32,000 bases of DNA from Caldivirga maquilingensis IC-167 (GCF_000018305.1 NC_009954.1:1230001-1262000), one strand, 5' to 3'; positions 18,057-26,392 are shown, counted from the stretch's first letter. A program made the numbers and translations. The notes: generated by a model not told the origin, from the sequence alone.

Positions 18057-18085
18057 TACTATATAATGTAGTAAAATTTTTAAAC
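18057..18085 (+). promoter_or_regulatory. binding-protein gene promoter: imperfect palindrome TACT-N9-AGTA abutting the BRE/TATA box (aaaatttttaaac)
   Basis: TACT (18057-60) and AGTA (18070-73) sit inside a 16/21 self-complementary segment. The TATA box tttttaaa (18077-84) ends 21 nt before ATG 18105. Confidence 0.5.
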
Positions 18086-18104
18086 TTACGAGGCAGCTTC
18101 ACCT

Positions 18105-20486
18105 ATGTCTGGCAGGAGTAACTCAACCCTAGTTGTGAAAGCAATACTAGTGGCGGTGGTTATCCTGGCGGCAGCATATAGCGCAGTCACAGTGCAGGCT
18201 CAACAGAAGCCTCAAATAATAGGAGGCAACCCTGTCACAATAATATTAACACCAGGTTCACCCATGTGGAATCCCTATGCGCCAAGTAACATGATTGGCA
18301 ACACATGGGATTACCTACCATTAGCGGCGTTTAATCCATTGACTGGCCAATTCTGGCCTATTCTAGCTGAGAATTGGACTGTTCAAGTTCTCCCCAATGG
18401 TAGTGGCATATTAACAATCTACCTTAGGCCTGGCTTATACTGGTATAATGGTTCAGTAGCGATTCCCTTCACTGCTTGGGATGTTTACGCTGAGTTCTAC
18501 ATTGGCATGAAGGTGCTCGCTTGGTATGTGCCTTGGATTAACCAATCCCTTGTTGATGAGGATATTAGAGTATTGAATAATTACACTATTCAATTCCTAT
18601 TCCAAAGATGGACACCGTACATACCATATTGGCTATTAACAAGTTGGATTGATGTACCATACGCCGCATGGAAACCAATAGTGGATAAGTTAAGGACAAT
18701 GAACGCAACGCAGGCAGCGTCATTCACATCTAATGTAACAGAGTATGTTGTACCGTATTATGGTTTATACCCATATTACTTAAGTTACATTAGCACAACA
18801 TACCTTCACTTCACCCTTGAGCCGCCTAACTTATTATCATCATGGTATAAGGTCTTCCCATTCGCATCATGGGGGTACTATGATCCAACGGCAATAGTAT
18901 GGGAGACTGGCGGCAATACGCAGGCCTTAAGCGGTATGTTAGCTGGGAAGATAACGTATGATTGGATTGGTTTATCCGAATCCCAGCTTAAGGTCATTAA
19001 TAGTACACCAGGTTGGTCTTCATTCGCCTTACCAGTATTCTCAGTAATGGGTATTGCCATTAATCCTAATTATTATCCTTGGAATATTCCTCAGGTTAGG
19101 GAGGCTTTATGCGATGTTATTAATAGGACTGAGGTTGCTGCAGCATGGGGCTTAGCCATTAGTAAACCAGACTACTACCCCACCCCAGTAATACCTGGGA
19201 CTGAAGACACTTACCCGCCTGATGTTAGGCAATTCATCATACCATGCTCCTACAACTGGACCAAGGCCGAACAACTCCTTGAAAGCCTAGGATTCACAAA
19301 GAAGGGAGAATACTGGTACACACCAAACGGAACAGAATTAACACTCTATGTTTATGGTCCAGGTGGATTCACTGATTGGATGACAATGGCTAGTGATGCT
19401 GTTGAGCAAATGCAAGCATTCGGTATCAATGCCAAGTTAATTGGGCAGGATGTTGGAGTATTCTGGAGTAGTACATTACCTAATAGTGAGTACGAGGGTG
19501 CTACCACGTGGCTTAATTCAGCTAATGGACCAGCCTACAGTAGTATGTGGGGGTTATTAGATTGGCCTTGGTGGACTACTGGAGTAGCCATTCAGGCATG
19601 GCATAAGGGTAGTGAGGTTTGGCCATTCCAGTGGCCTAATGGTACATGCACACCAGTTATCTTACCCACTCAGCCACCTGTCTTCACTAATGGTACCATA
19701 GTGTGGTGTGTCAACTCAACATACGGCTACATTAACATAACCAACTGGCAGATGCTTGAGAATATCGCTGCTCCAGGAACACCTCAATACGACTTGATGA
19801 TGAAGATAATATTCGCATGGTATGATTACTTCGTTCCAATAGTGCCGCTTTATAATAAGCTTGAGCCGTATGAATACATGACATCTGTAATGGATCCAAA
19901 CTGGTTATTCCAACCATGCATAATCAATAAGTACCCAATATTAACGTATGAACTAGAATTCATGCCATGGGGCTATGGTAACTCCTTATACAGTGACCTA
20001 CATATAATAATCGCATGGGGTCTTGTTGCACCAAAAGGTGTTGTTCCTCCTGTTGCTCAAGCTATAGCTAATGGTTCATTGTGGACTAAGTATCCTCAGT
20101 ATGCTGCATTCCTAGGTATTCCTAATCCTGATCCTTCACTGCAGCAGTGTGTTGCATCATACTTCCATATACCGTATACTCCAGTATCAACCACTACTTC
20201 AACCTCAACCACAACCACTACGACTACTACTCCAGTGACTACTACTTCAACGACTACTAGTACTACCACTTCAACTGTTACCTCAACCACTACTGCCGTT
20301 TCAACAGTCACTAGCACAGTCACAACCACTGCTGTAAGCACTGTAACATCAACAGCAACCACTACGGCAGTATCAACAGTAACAGTAACCAAACCAGTGG
20401 TATCAACAGCATTAATAGCAGGAATAGTAATCATAGTAATAGTCATAGCAGCAGTAGCAGCAATAATAGCGTTGAGGAGAAGATAA
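18105..20486 (+). CDS. ABC transporter substrate-binding protein, family 5 (oligopeptide/oligosaccharide type), membrane-anchored glycoprotein
   Basis: 793 aa. The N-terminus is a signal/anchor (VVKAILVAVVILAAAYSAVTVQAQQ). The large W/Y/P-rich domain is typical of archaeal DppA/OppA-like sugar binders and carries many N-x-S/T sequons. A ~70-aa S/T/V-rich stalk follows, then a C-terminal TM helix ending in RRR. This architecture is known from Sulfolobus oligosaccharide-binding proteins. Confidence 0.8.
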   Translation: MSGRSNSTLVVKAILVAVVILAAAYSAVTVQAQQKPQIIGGNPVTIILTPGSPMWNPYAPSNMIGNTWDYLPLAAFNPLTGQFWPILAENWTVQVLPNGSGILTIYLRPGLYWYNGSVAIPFTAWDVYAEFYIGMKVLAWYVPWINQSLVDEDIRVLNNYTIQFLFQRWTPYIPYWLLTSWIDVPYAAWKPIVDKLRTMNATQAASFTSNVTEYVVPYYGLYPYYLSYISTTYLHFTLEPPNLLSSWYKVFPFASWGYYDPTAIVWETGGNTQALSGMLAGKITYDWIGLSESQLKVINSTPGWSSFALPVFSVMGIAINPNYYPWNIPQVREALCDVINRTEVAAAWGLAISKPDYYPTPVIPGTEDTYPPDVRQFIIPCSYNWTKAEQLLESLGFTKKGEYWYTPNGTELTLYVYGPGGFTDWMTMASDAVEQMQAFGINAKLIGQDVGVFWSSTLPNSEYEGATTWLNSANGPAYSSMWGLLDWPWWTTGVAIQAWHKGSEVWPFQWPNGTCTPVILPTQPPVFTNGTIVWCVNSTYGYINITNWQMLENIAAPGTPQYDLMMKIIFAWYDYFVPIVPLYNKLEPYEYMTSVMDPNWLFQPCIINKYPILTYELEFMPWGYGNSLYSDLHIIIAWGLVAPKGVVPPVAQAIANGSLWTKYPQYAAFLGIPNPDPSLQQCVASYFHIPYTPVSTTTSTSTTTTTTTTPVTTTSTTTSTTTSTVTSTTTAVSTVTSTVTTTAVSTVTSTATTTAVSTVTVTKPVVSTALIAGIVIIVIVIAAVAAIIALRRR
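20286..20390 (+). repeat. three tandem copies of the peptide unit TTTAVSTVT(S/V)T encoded with divergent synonymous codons, inside the S/T-rich stalk (low-complexity span about 20176-20400)
   Basis: The units are 20286-20321, 20322-20357 and 20358-20390. Units 1 and 2 encode an identical 11-aa peptide but differ at 9 of 11 codons, including two Ser TCA/AGC box switches. Confidence 0.8.
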
Positions 20487-20573
20487 GGCAAATAAAAAAT
20501 TAAGAATCAAATTAAAATATTTATTTTGATTTTATTATTAAGGTTTAAAAAATTCTGGGTATGTCTCTGCATT

Positions 20574-21689
20574 ATGGGTTTGAGTGGTCAGGTTAAGGTT
20601 AGGGTTGGTTTAATAGGTGCTGGTGGTATTGCTAACGTTCATGCAAGGTACTATAGGGAGCTTCCCAATGTGGAGTTAGTGGGTGTTGCTGAGGTGGTTA
20701 AGGAGCGTGGTGTTGAGTTTGCTAAGAGGTGGAATATTCCTGAGGGGAACGTGTTCACTGATTATAGGGAGATGATTGATAAGCTTAACTTGGATGCGGT
20801 TAGTATTACCACGCCGCATAGATTCCACGCTGAACCAACAATATATGCCCTTAAGCATGGTGTTAATGTGCTTGTTGAGAAGCCCATGGCATCAACAGCC
20901 GGTGAGGCTCTTGAAATGTATAGGGCTGCCGCCTCATCTGGGAAGATTCTTGAGGTTGGTTTTCAGAATAGGTTTGAGGCTCAGATAATTGCGGCTAAGA
21001 GGATTGTAGCCGGTGGTCTCCTTGGGGAATTCTACTATGGTGAAACCCTGGCTGATGGTAGGAGACGTAGAGGTATCCCCACTACTCCAACATTCTACAC
21101 TAGGGAAATGGCTGGTGGTGGTGTTTTACTCGACTTAGGCTGCTACGCCATTGATAATGCAATGAATATTCTAGGCTTCCCTGAGGTGGTTAGTGTTAGT
21201 GGTCATGTTTTCACAGCAATTGGGAGGAGTAGGGATGCTATTGTTGAGGGTGGGTGGGGTGCCTGGGATACTGAGAAGTTTGAGGTTGAGGACTTCGTTG
21301 TGGCTAAGATAGTACTTAGGAATGGGGGCGTGTTGATGCTTAAGGAGGCTTGGGCGATGCATAATAATGAGCTTGGTAGACCATTCTACATGGGGACTAG
21401 GGGAGGCATTAAGCTTAACCCACTTGAGGTTTACAGGGATGAGTGGGGCCACATGACCACAACCACGGTGCAGTTACCTAATAGGGATGCGTGGAGGGAT
21501 AAGATTGGTAAATTCATCGATGCTGTGATTAATGGTAAACCATCGCCAATAGACCCGAGGGAAAACGTCTATGAGCAATTCATACTCGAGGCCATATATG
21601 AGTCCGCTAGGCAGAATGGTGCTGAGGTTAAGTTAACCATACCTGATGAGGTTAAGCCAATACTAAACCAATACACTAAGGGTGCTTAA
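20574..21689 (+). CDS. Gfo/Idh/MocA-family NAD(P)-dependent oxidoreductase
   Basis: Rossmann fingerprint VGLIGAGGIANVH, the EKP motif (VLVEKPMA), and GFQNRF. The ORF track starts at TTG 20526, but the TATA box gtttaaaaaa (20543-52) ends 22 nt before ATG 20574, so I call 20574 as the start. Confidence 0.88.
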   Translation: MGLSGQVKVRVGLIGAGGIANVHARYYRELPNVELVGVAEVVKERGVEFAKRWNIPEGNVFTDYREMIDKLNLDAVSITTPHRFHAEPTIYALKHGVNVLVEKPMASTAGEALEMYRAAASSGKILEVGFQNRFEAQIIAAKRIVAGGLLGEFYYGETLADGRRRRGIPTTPTFYTREMAGGGVLLDLGCYAIDNAMNILGFPEVVSVSGHVFTAIGRSRDAIVEGGWGAWDTEKFEVEDFVVAKIVLRNGGVLMLKEAWAMHNNELGRPFYMGTRGGIKLNPLEVYRDEWGHMTTTTVQLPNRDAWRDKIGKFIDAVINGKPSPIDPRENVYEQFILEAIYESARQNGAEVKLTIPDEVKPILNQYTKGA

Positions 21690-21691
21690 TA

Positions 21692-22690
21692 ATGGTTGTT
21701 AAAGTAGCCTTAGTGAGCTTCGCCCATGTACACGCCCCAGGGCATGTGGAGCAATTGCTTAAGAGGAGTGATGTTGAGGTATTGGGTGCATTCGATGATA
21801 ATGAGGAGAGGGGTAGGCATTACGCTAATAGGTATGGGTTAAGGTTATTTAAGACAATTGATGAGTTAATTAAGGCTAAGCCAGACATAGCCGTAATTGA
21901 TTCAGAGACATCAAAGCATAAGTACTACATTGAATTACTGGCTGAAAGCAGTATTCACTTATTCTGCGAGAAGCCTATTGGCGTTAACCTTAAGGATGCC
22001 TTAGAGATAAGTAACATAGTTAAGAGGCATGGCGTATTATTCACAACGGGCTTCAACTCAAGGCTTAACCCGGAGAACACTAAGGCTAGGGAAATCCTAT
22101 CCAGTGGTGCCTTAGGGAAGGTAAGCATGATTAGGGTAAGGGTGGCTCACCCAGGAGCCATTGATAAGTGGTTTAAGGATTGGAGTGAATGGTTCACTGT
22201 AAGCCAATACTCAGGGGGTGGTGGTTTCCTTGACCTAGGTATACATGGGGCTGACCTACTAAGGTTCCTGCTTAATGATGAAGCCGTTGAGGTCACGGGC
22301 ATTGTAAGCAACTTCACGGGTAACTACAATATTGATGATCAAGGAGCAGCAGTGGTAAAGTTCAGTAAGGGGACTTTAGGCATATTGGATGCCGGGTGGA
22401 CCCAGGTCCTTGAGGGCTTACCCTGGTCACCCCTTGAGATTTACGGTGAGGAAGGTTCATTAATTAGGGTTGAGCTTGGTCTAATGTACTACACTAGGAA
22501 ACAGAGTGGTTGGTTTAAACCAAGGCTACAGGGCGCGGTTAAAACAACCTTGGACGAACTTATTGACGCCGTTTCCAAGGGGTCTCAATTAAGCGTAGTG
22601 ATTGATGACGCCGTTAAGGCACAGGAGATAATTGAGGCTGCGTATAGGAGTAGTGCAGAGGGTAGGGTTATTAAATTACCATTAACATGA
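21692..22690 (+). CDS. Gfo/Idh/MocA-family oxidoreductase paralog with non-canonical N-terminal dinucleotide-binding fingerprint
   Basis: FCEKPIG (EKP motif) and GFNSRLNP are present. The first beta-alpha turn reads VALVSFAHVHAPGH instead of GxGxxG. The gene starts 3 nt after the previous stop, and its own stop overlaps the next start (ATGA at 22687-90). Confidence 0.8.
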   Translation: MVVKVALVSFAHVHAPGHVEQLLKRSDVEVLGAFDDNEERGRHYANRYGLRLFKTIDELIKAKPDIAVIDSETSKHKYYIELLAESSIHLFCEKPIGVNLKDALEISNIVKRHGVLFTTGFNSRLNPENTKAREILSSGALGKVSMIRVRVAHPGAIDKWFKDWSEWFTVSQYSGGGGFLDLGIHGADLLRFLLNDEAVEVTGIVSNFTGNYNIDDQGAAVVKFSKGTLGILDAGWTQVLEGLPWSPLEIYGEEGSLIRVELGLMYYTRKQSGWFKPRLQGAVKTTLDELIDAVSKGSQLSVVIDDAVKAQEIIEAAYRSSAEGRVIKLPLT

Positions 22691-23916
22691 AGCCGCAGTT
22701 AATAATACTGGTATTATTAGTAATAATGGTACTGGCACCATCGGCATTAGCCCTAAACGCAGTGGGTGTGTCGGATAATGGGACAGCTGAGCTTTGGAAT
22801 GGATCGATAATACACTACTCATACCACGTTAATGCAGTGATGGGTTACTTAACGCTTTACAACGCGTCATTCACCATAATAAGCCTAGCCGCCTCAGGTA
22901 ATGTTGCAAGTATTCAATTAAACCTAGTGGTAACAAATGGCATAGAGTACTTCTGGGTTCAGAATATTGCGCATATTGGGGAATTTAATGGATCCAGGTA
23001 CATGGTTTGGTTTTGGGACGACTTATGGAACATAACTAGGGTTAATGCACTACTGGATCTCTCATTGATTAAGGGTAATAGAACATACCCAGTCACAGAG
23101 CATTACGCATACTACTACAGGTATGTGGCTCCCCCAGTAATGCTGGTTAAGGCGCCGTTCACGGTATCATGCATGGTTACGGTTAATTTAACCCACGGCT
23201 ACATTAACGTGAATTACTGGTATAGGTTAAACAATACGAGGCTTGATACCGGGTGGGTTAAGTACGATGACGTGTTGATTAAGGTTAATTCAACGAGGGC
23301 CTACATAATCATCGGTGGATTTAACCCAGGTAACTTAAGTAATGACATTGAGTGGGTTACCGCAGGCTACACTGCGGCTGCTCAATTATACGTGTTTAAG
23401 TGGAATGCATCAATGATACTAATGTATAGGTACAATGGATCATGGTTCACACCCCCAGGTGGCCAATCCAGGTCCTTCGACACAGGTGAGTCAGTTAACC
23501 CAATTGCCGGAATAAGTGAGAGTTACATTAACGGTATTGTGCATCAGGAGTACGGTAGAGTGAACTCAACCTACCTATGGTTAATTAACGCATCAGTGAA
23601 CTTAAGGCGTAATGAATTAATAATACGTGTAACGCCAAGTGGGGCTAGGTGGATTGCGGTAATTAATGGTAAGGCCATGTTATTGAATTCAAGTGAAACC
23701 ATTATCAACACCGGGAACTGGGCTAGCGGTAGGTATAAGTTAACGTTAACATTATATGCAGGTGACGTTGGGATTTATGAATACGCCTATGAATTCACGA
23801 TTAAGGGCGTGGGCGTATGGCTTTGGTTAATCCCCCTAGTAATAGTGTTACTAATAATTGCAATTTACCGTGGAATTCTTAAATACGGCGCCAGGGCTTT
23901 AAGGCGTTATGTATGA
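22687..23916 (+). CDS. thermopsin-like (peptidase A5 family-like) secreted, membrane-anchored glycoprotein
   Basis: Signal peptide MKPQLIILVLLVIMVLAPSALA. I count 15 N-x-S/T sequons. The block GIEYFWVQNIAHIGEF...WFWDDLWNIT resembles the thermopsin block YAYWLQDVGQF...FIDNVWNLT as I recall it. The C-terminus has a TM helix (VWLWLIPLVIVLLIIAIY). Confidence 0.6.
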   Translation: MKPQLIILVLLVIMVLAPSALALNAVGVSDNGTAELWNGSIIHYSYHVNAVMGYLTLYNASFTIISLAASGNVASIQLNLVVTNGIEYFWVQNIAHIGEFNGSRYMVWFWDDLWNITRVNALLDLSLIKGNRTYPVTEHYAYYYRYVAPPVMLVKAPFTVSCMVTVNLTHGYINVNYWYRLNNTRLDTGWVKYDDVLIKVNSTRAYIIIGGFNPGNLSNDIEWVTAGYTAAAQLYVFKWNASMILMYRYNGSWFTPPGGQSRSFDTGESVNPIAGISESYINGIVHQEYGRVNSTYLWLINASVNLRRNELIIRVTPSGARWIAVINGKAMLLNSSETIINTGNWASGRYKLTLTLYAGDVGIYEYAYEFTIKGVGVWLWLIPLVIVLLIIAIYRGILKYGARALRRYV

Positions 23917-24997
23917 TTTAATAATTATTGGTAGTGGACCCGCAGGTAATGCCGCTGCATTAGTTGCTTCAAGGCTGGGTGTTAGGGCATTGATTATTGA
24001 TAAGTCCAAGCACCCCAGGGTTAAGCCGTGTGGTGGTGGATTAACACCTAAGACGATTGCGTTATCAAGGATACTTGGATTAGACTTGAGCGAGGTTATT
24101 GAGCATGAATGCGGTGAAGTATTAGTGGTGACGCATGCTGGTTCATTCGTAATGAGGTTTAAGGAGCCTATGATAAGGGTCTCCAGGAGGGAGAGGTTGG
24201 ATGAATTCATGTTTAATGAAGCCGTTAATAATGGTGTTGAGTACGTTAATGACGAGGTGCTTAGGGTTAGGGAAACGCCGAGTAAGGTTGAGGTAATAGG
24301 TAGGAGTAGTGTGTATGAGGCTAAGTGGGTTATTGGGGCTGATGGGGCGCCATCAAGGGTAGGTAGGTCAATTGGGGTAATGCCTAGGTCAAATGCAGTG
24401 GCATTAATGAACATAGCCTCAGGTAACCCAATCATTAACACTGGGGATGCCTGCATACTTGACTTCACTAGGATTAAGTGGGGTTACGCATGGTTATTCC
24501 CACTGAGCCACGGTGAATACGATGTTGGATTAGGCTCAGCTTTAAAGGGTAGGTACAGTAACTTACTGTTAAGCTACGTTAATGAACTCGGCTTGAAACC
24601 AGGCAGATTAATAGGCCACCTAATACCCTACAGGCCACCTAACTCAGCCTCAACCCGTAGAGTAATGTTAACTGGGGATGCCTTAGGTTTAGCTGACCCA
24701 GTTACCGGGGAGGGTATTTTCCAAGCAATGATGAGTGGTGCGTTGGCTGCCTTATCATTAAGGAGCAGTAATGCCACCGAGTACTATGATTCAATAATAA
24801 CCAGTTACCTTAGGGATAATCAATACGCATTAACGGTAGCCTACGTTGTTTACGGTCTTGATTCACAGTTCCTAAGCCGATTCCTAAAGATAACAGGCTT
24901 CAGTGAACCTGGTGCAGTCCGCATTATTGAGAAGGTTACTGGGGGTAAGTTAACGTATAGGGATGCTGTTAAGGAGGTTATTAAATCCATGATATAG
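23909..24997 (+). CDS. geranylgeranyl reductase family FAD-dependent oxidoreductase
   Basis: N-terminal FAD fingerprint YDLIIIGSGPAGNAAALVASRLG...IDKS, KPCGGGL, GADGAPSRV and LTGDALGLADPVTGEGI, the typical GGR blocks. There is an 8-nt overlap with the upstream gene. Confidence 0.88.
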   Translation: MYDLIIIGSGPAGNAAALVASRLGVRALIIDKSKHPRVKPCGGGLTPKTIALSRILGLDLSEVIEHECGEVLVVTHAGSFVMRFKEPMIRVSRRERLDEFMFNEAVNNGVEYVNDEVLRVRETPSKVEVIGRSSVYEAKWVIGADGAPSRVGRSIGVMPRSNAVALMNIASGNPIINTGDACILDFTRIKWGYAWLFPLSHGEYDVGLGSALKGRYSNLLLSYVNELGLKPGRLIGHLIPYRPPNSASTRRVMLTGDALGLADPVTGEGIFQAMMSGALAALSLRSSNATEYYDSIITSYLRDNQYALTVAYVVYGLDSQFLSRFLKITGFSEPGAVRIIEKVTGGKLTYRDAVKEVIKSMI

Positions 24998-25086
24998 TAA
25001 GTACCATCATAATTACGTGCAGTGCATTGAGTAAGCCACTAGTATTATGCGCTAGAAATATAAATCTCTAATTAACTAGCACTGTA

Positions 25087-25842
25087 ATGATTATTAGGTT
25101 TTACTCCATTACGGGGAGGACGGAATCCATTGAGAATGAGGTTAGGGCCCTTGTTAATGACATTAAGGCTGAATTAGCTAAGAGGGGTGTGGGTGAGGAT
25201 AAGGTTAGGTTAACTATTATTAAGGTTAGGGGTGATGTTATTGATGATGTTATTAAGTACCTTGATCAACCTGAAGGCAAAATACCAGGCCAATATAAGT
25301 CACTTATAGTTAGGATGAGGCAGGATGGGGTTTCATCATTCCCAGCCATGGTTATTAACGATAGGAAGGTGGCTGAGGGTAGTGAATTAACAATGGATGC
25401 CATTAAGGCTGCATTAGCTAAGGAACTTAAGGAGGAATTCAACCTAGAGATACCTTCAGTAACCTCACCAATACCCCAGGCTCAACCAGTATCAACACCC
25501 CAACCCCAGCCAATCCAACCCCCACCTCCACCCCCACCGGAAATTCCACCACCTCAGGCTATTCAACCCCAACCAGTTAAACCCATAACACCTCCACCGA
25601 CCCCACCGCCTCCAGTGACTCTGCAGACTCCGCCAACTCCGCCTCAACCCACGCAGGTTCAACAGACGGTAACAATACCAGAAACCCCAGTAACCACTGG
25701 GGAGCTTGGGTTTAAGATAGTTAACGGTAGGCCTGATAACTGCAATGACTGCGTCTACTATGGTGCGCATAAGGGTTACTGCTACTTATTCGGCTTTAGG
25801 GTTAATGACCCATCAAAACCACCCTGTAAATCAATAGCCTAA
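25087..25842 (+). CDS. proline-rich two-domain protein: thioredoxin-fold-like N-domain without CxxC, P/Q-rich linker, small C-terminal Cys4 domain
   Basis: The N-domain (MIIRFYSITGRTESIENEV...FPAMVINDRKVAEG) resembles small Thioredoxin_3-type proteins, but RTES replaces the redox CxxC. A ~85-aa P/Q/T linker follows. The C-terminus is CNDCVYYGAHKGYCYLFGFRVNDPSKPPC. A TATA box aaatataaat ends 21 nt before the ATG. Confidence 0.6.
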   Translation: MIIRFYSITGRTESIENEVRALVNDIKAELAKRGVGEDKVRLTIIKVRGDVIDDVIKYLDQPEGKIPGQYKSLIVRMRQDGVSSFPAMVINDRKVAEGSELTMDAIKAALAKELKEEFNLEIPSVTSPIPQAQPVSTPQPQPIQPPPPPPPEIPPPQAIQPQPVKPITPPPTPPPPVTLQTPPTPPQPTQVQQTVTIPETPVTTGELGFKIVNGRPDNCNDCVYYGAHKGYCYLFGFRVNDPSKPPCKSIA

Positions 25843-25914
25843 TGGAATACATTAAACCGGTGTTGCAGGGAAAATAAGTTTATAAACCCAATCCTGAAGA
25901 TGCCCCCGTAAAGT

Positions 25915-26307
25915 ATGCAGGGGGTAGCATTGTTTGAGGTGCATGGTGATAAACGCATGGTTTACTTCGACTTAAGCGTCATTGGCTTAAGTCAAGTAAA
26001 CGTGGAGGAGAGTCAATTTGAGGTTCTTAATGAGATTGAGAATGAGCTACATGACTTAATAGGTAGATACGGCCCAATGCTAACAAACGATATAGGCCTC
26101 GAGTACAATGATTGGCCAACCAGTAGGGGAATAGTGTTAGCACGCCTATACATGAAGGACAGTGAAGTTAAACTAGTCCTCCTGGCATCATATGAAAGAA
26201 GCCTAATAAGTAGAATAAGCAGTAAGTTGAGTAAACTAGGTTGGAAACCAATATTCATCTTCGACATAAGGAAGATTATGAAAAGCACCAGGTTCCCTCA
26301 ACGTTAA
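25915..26307 (+). CDS. hypothetical protein
   Basis: A 130-aa ORF. A TATA box agtttataaa ends 29 nt upstream. No family recognised. Confidence 0.5.
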   Translation: MQGVALFEVHGDKRMVYFDLSVIGLSQVNVEESQFEVLNEIENELHDLIGRYGPMLTNDIGLEYNDWPTSRGIVLARLYMKDSEVKLVLLASYERSLISRISSKLSKLGWKPIFIFDIRKIMKSTRFPQR

Positions 26308-26360
26308 GTCCCCAGGTTAAGAAATAGTAAACATAACCGCGCATTTTAATGACCCAGTTA

Positions 26361-26370
26361 AGTTTTAAAT
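26361..26370 (+). promoter_or_regulatory. TATA box of tRNA-Arg (agttttaaat)
   Basis: It ends 23 nt upstream of tRNA position 1, the same spacing seen for the other promoters in the window. Confidence 0.6.
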
Positions 26371-26392
26371 CAGCCCAAGGTTAACCAACCCA

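Noticed and set aside
20096-20491. 131-aa minus-strand ORF rich in V/T/A.
   Set aside because: It is the antisense shadow of the S/T-rich stalk and TM anchor of the binding protein. The open frame is a by-product of the ACN/GTN codon repetition.
7717-21452. Other short nested or antisense ORFs at 7717-7917, 12820-13050, 14331-14588, 14712-14921, 16095-16310, 16829-17017, 18878-19060, 19732-19917, 20676-20858, 20776-20988 and 21171-21452.
   Set aside because: Each lies inside or antisense to a longer ORF with recognisable family motifs. ORF 16829-17017 would span the lysS/trmB divergent promoter region.
23899-24468. 189-aa minus-strand ORF.
   Set aside because: It is antisense to the geranylgeranyl reductase gene, whose FAD fingerprint and family motifs are unambiguous. 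The antisense product is S/T/L/P-rich low complexity, which is a typical shadow ORF.
25492-25770. 92-aa minus-strand W/R/G-rich ORF.
   Set aside because: It is antisense to the proline-rich linker (CCN codons read as NGG). It is a compositional artefact.
26013-26288. 91-aa minus-strand ORF opposite the 130-aa hypothetical gene.
   Set aside because: Neither ORF has recognisable motifs. I kept the plus-strand one because it is longer, has a TATA box upstream and has more ordinary composition. The choice is weakly supported.
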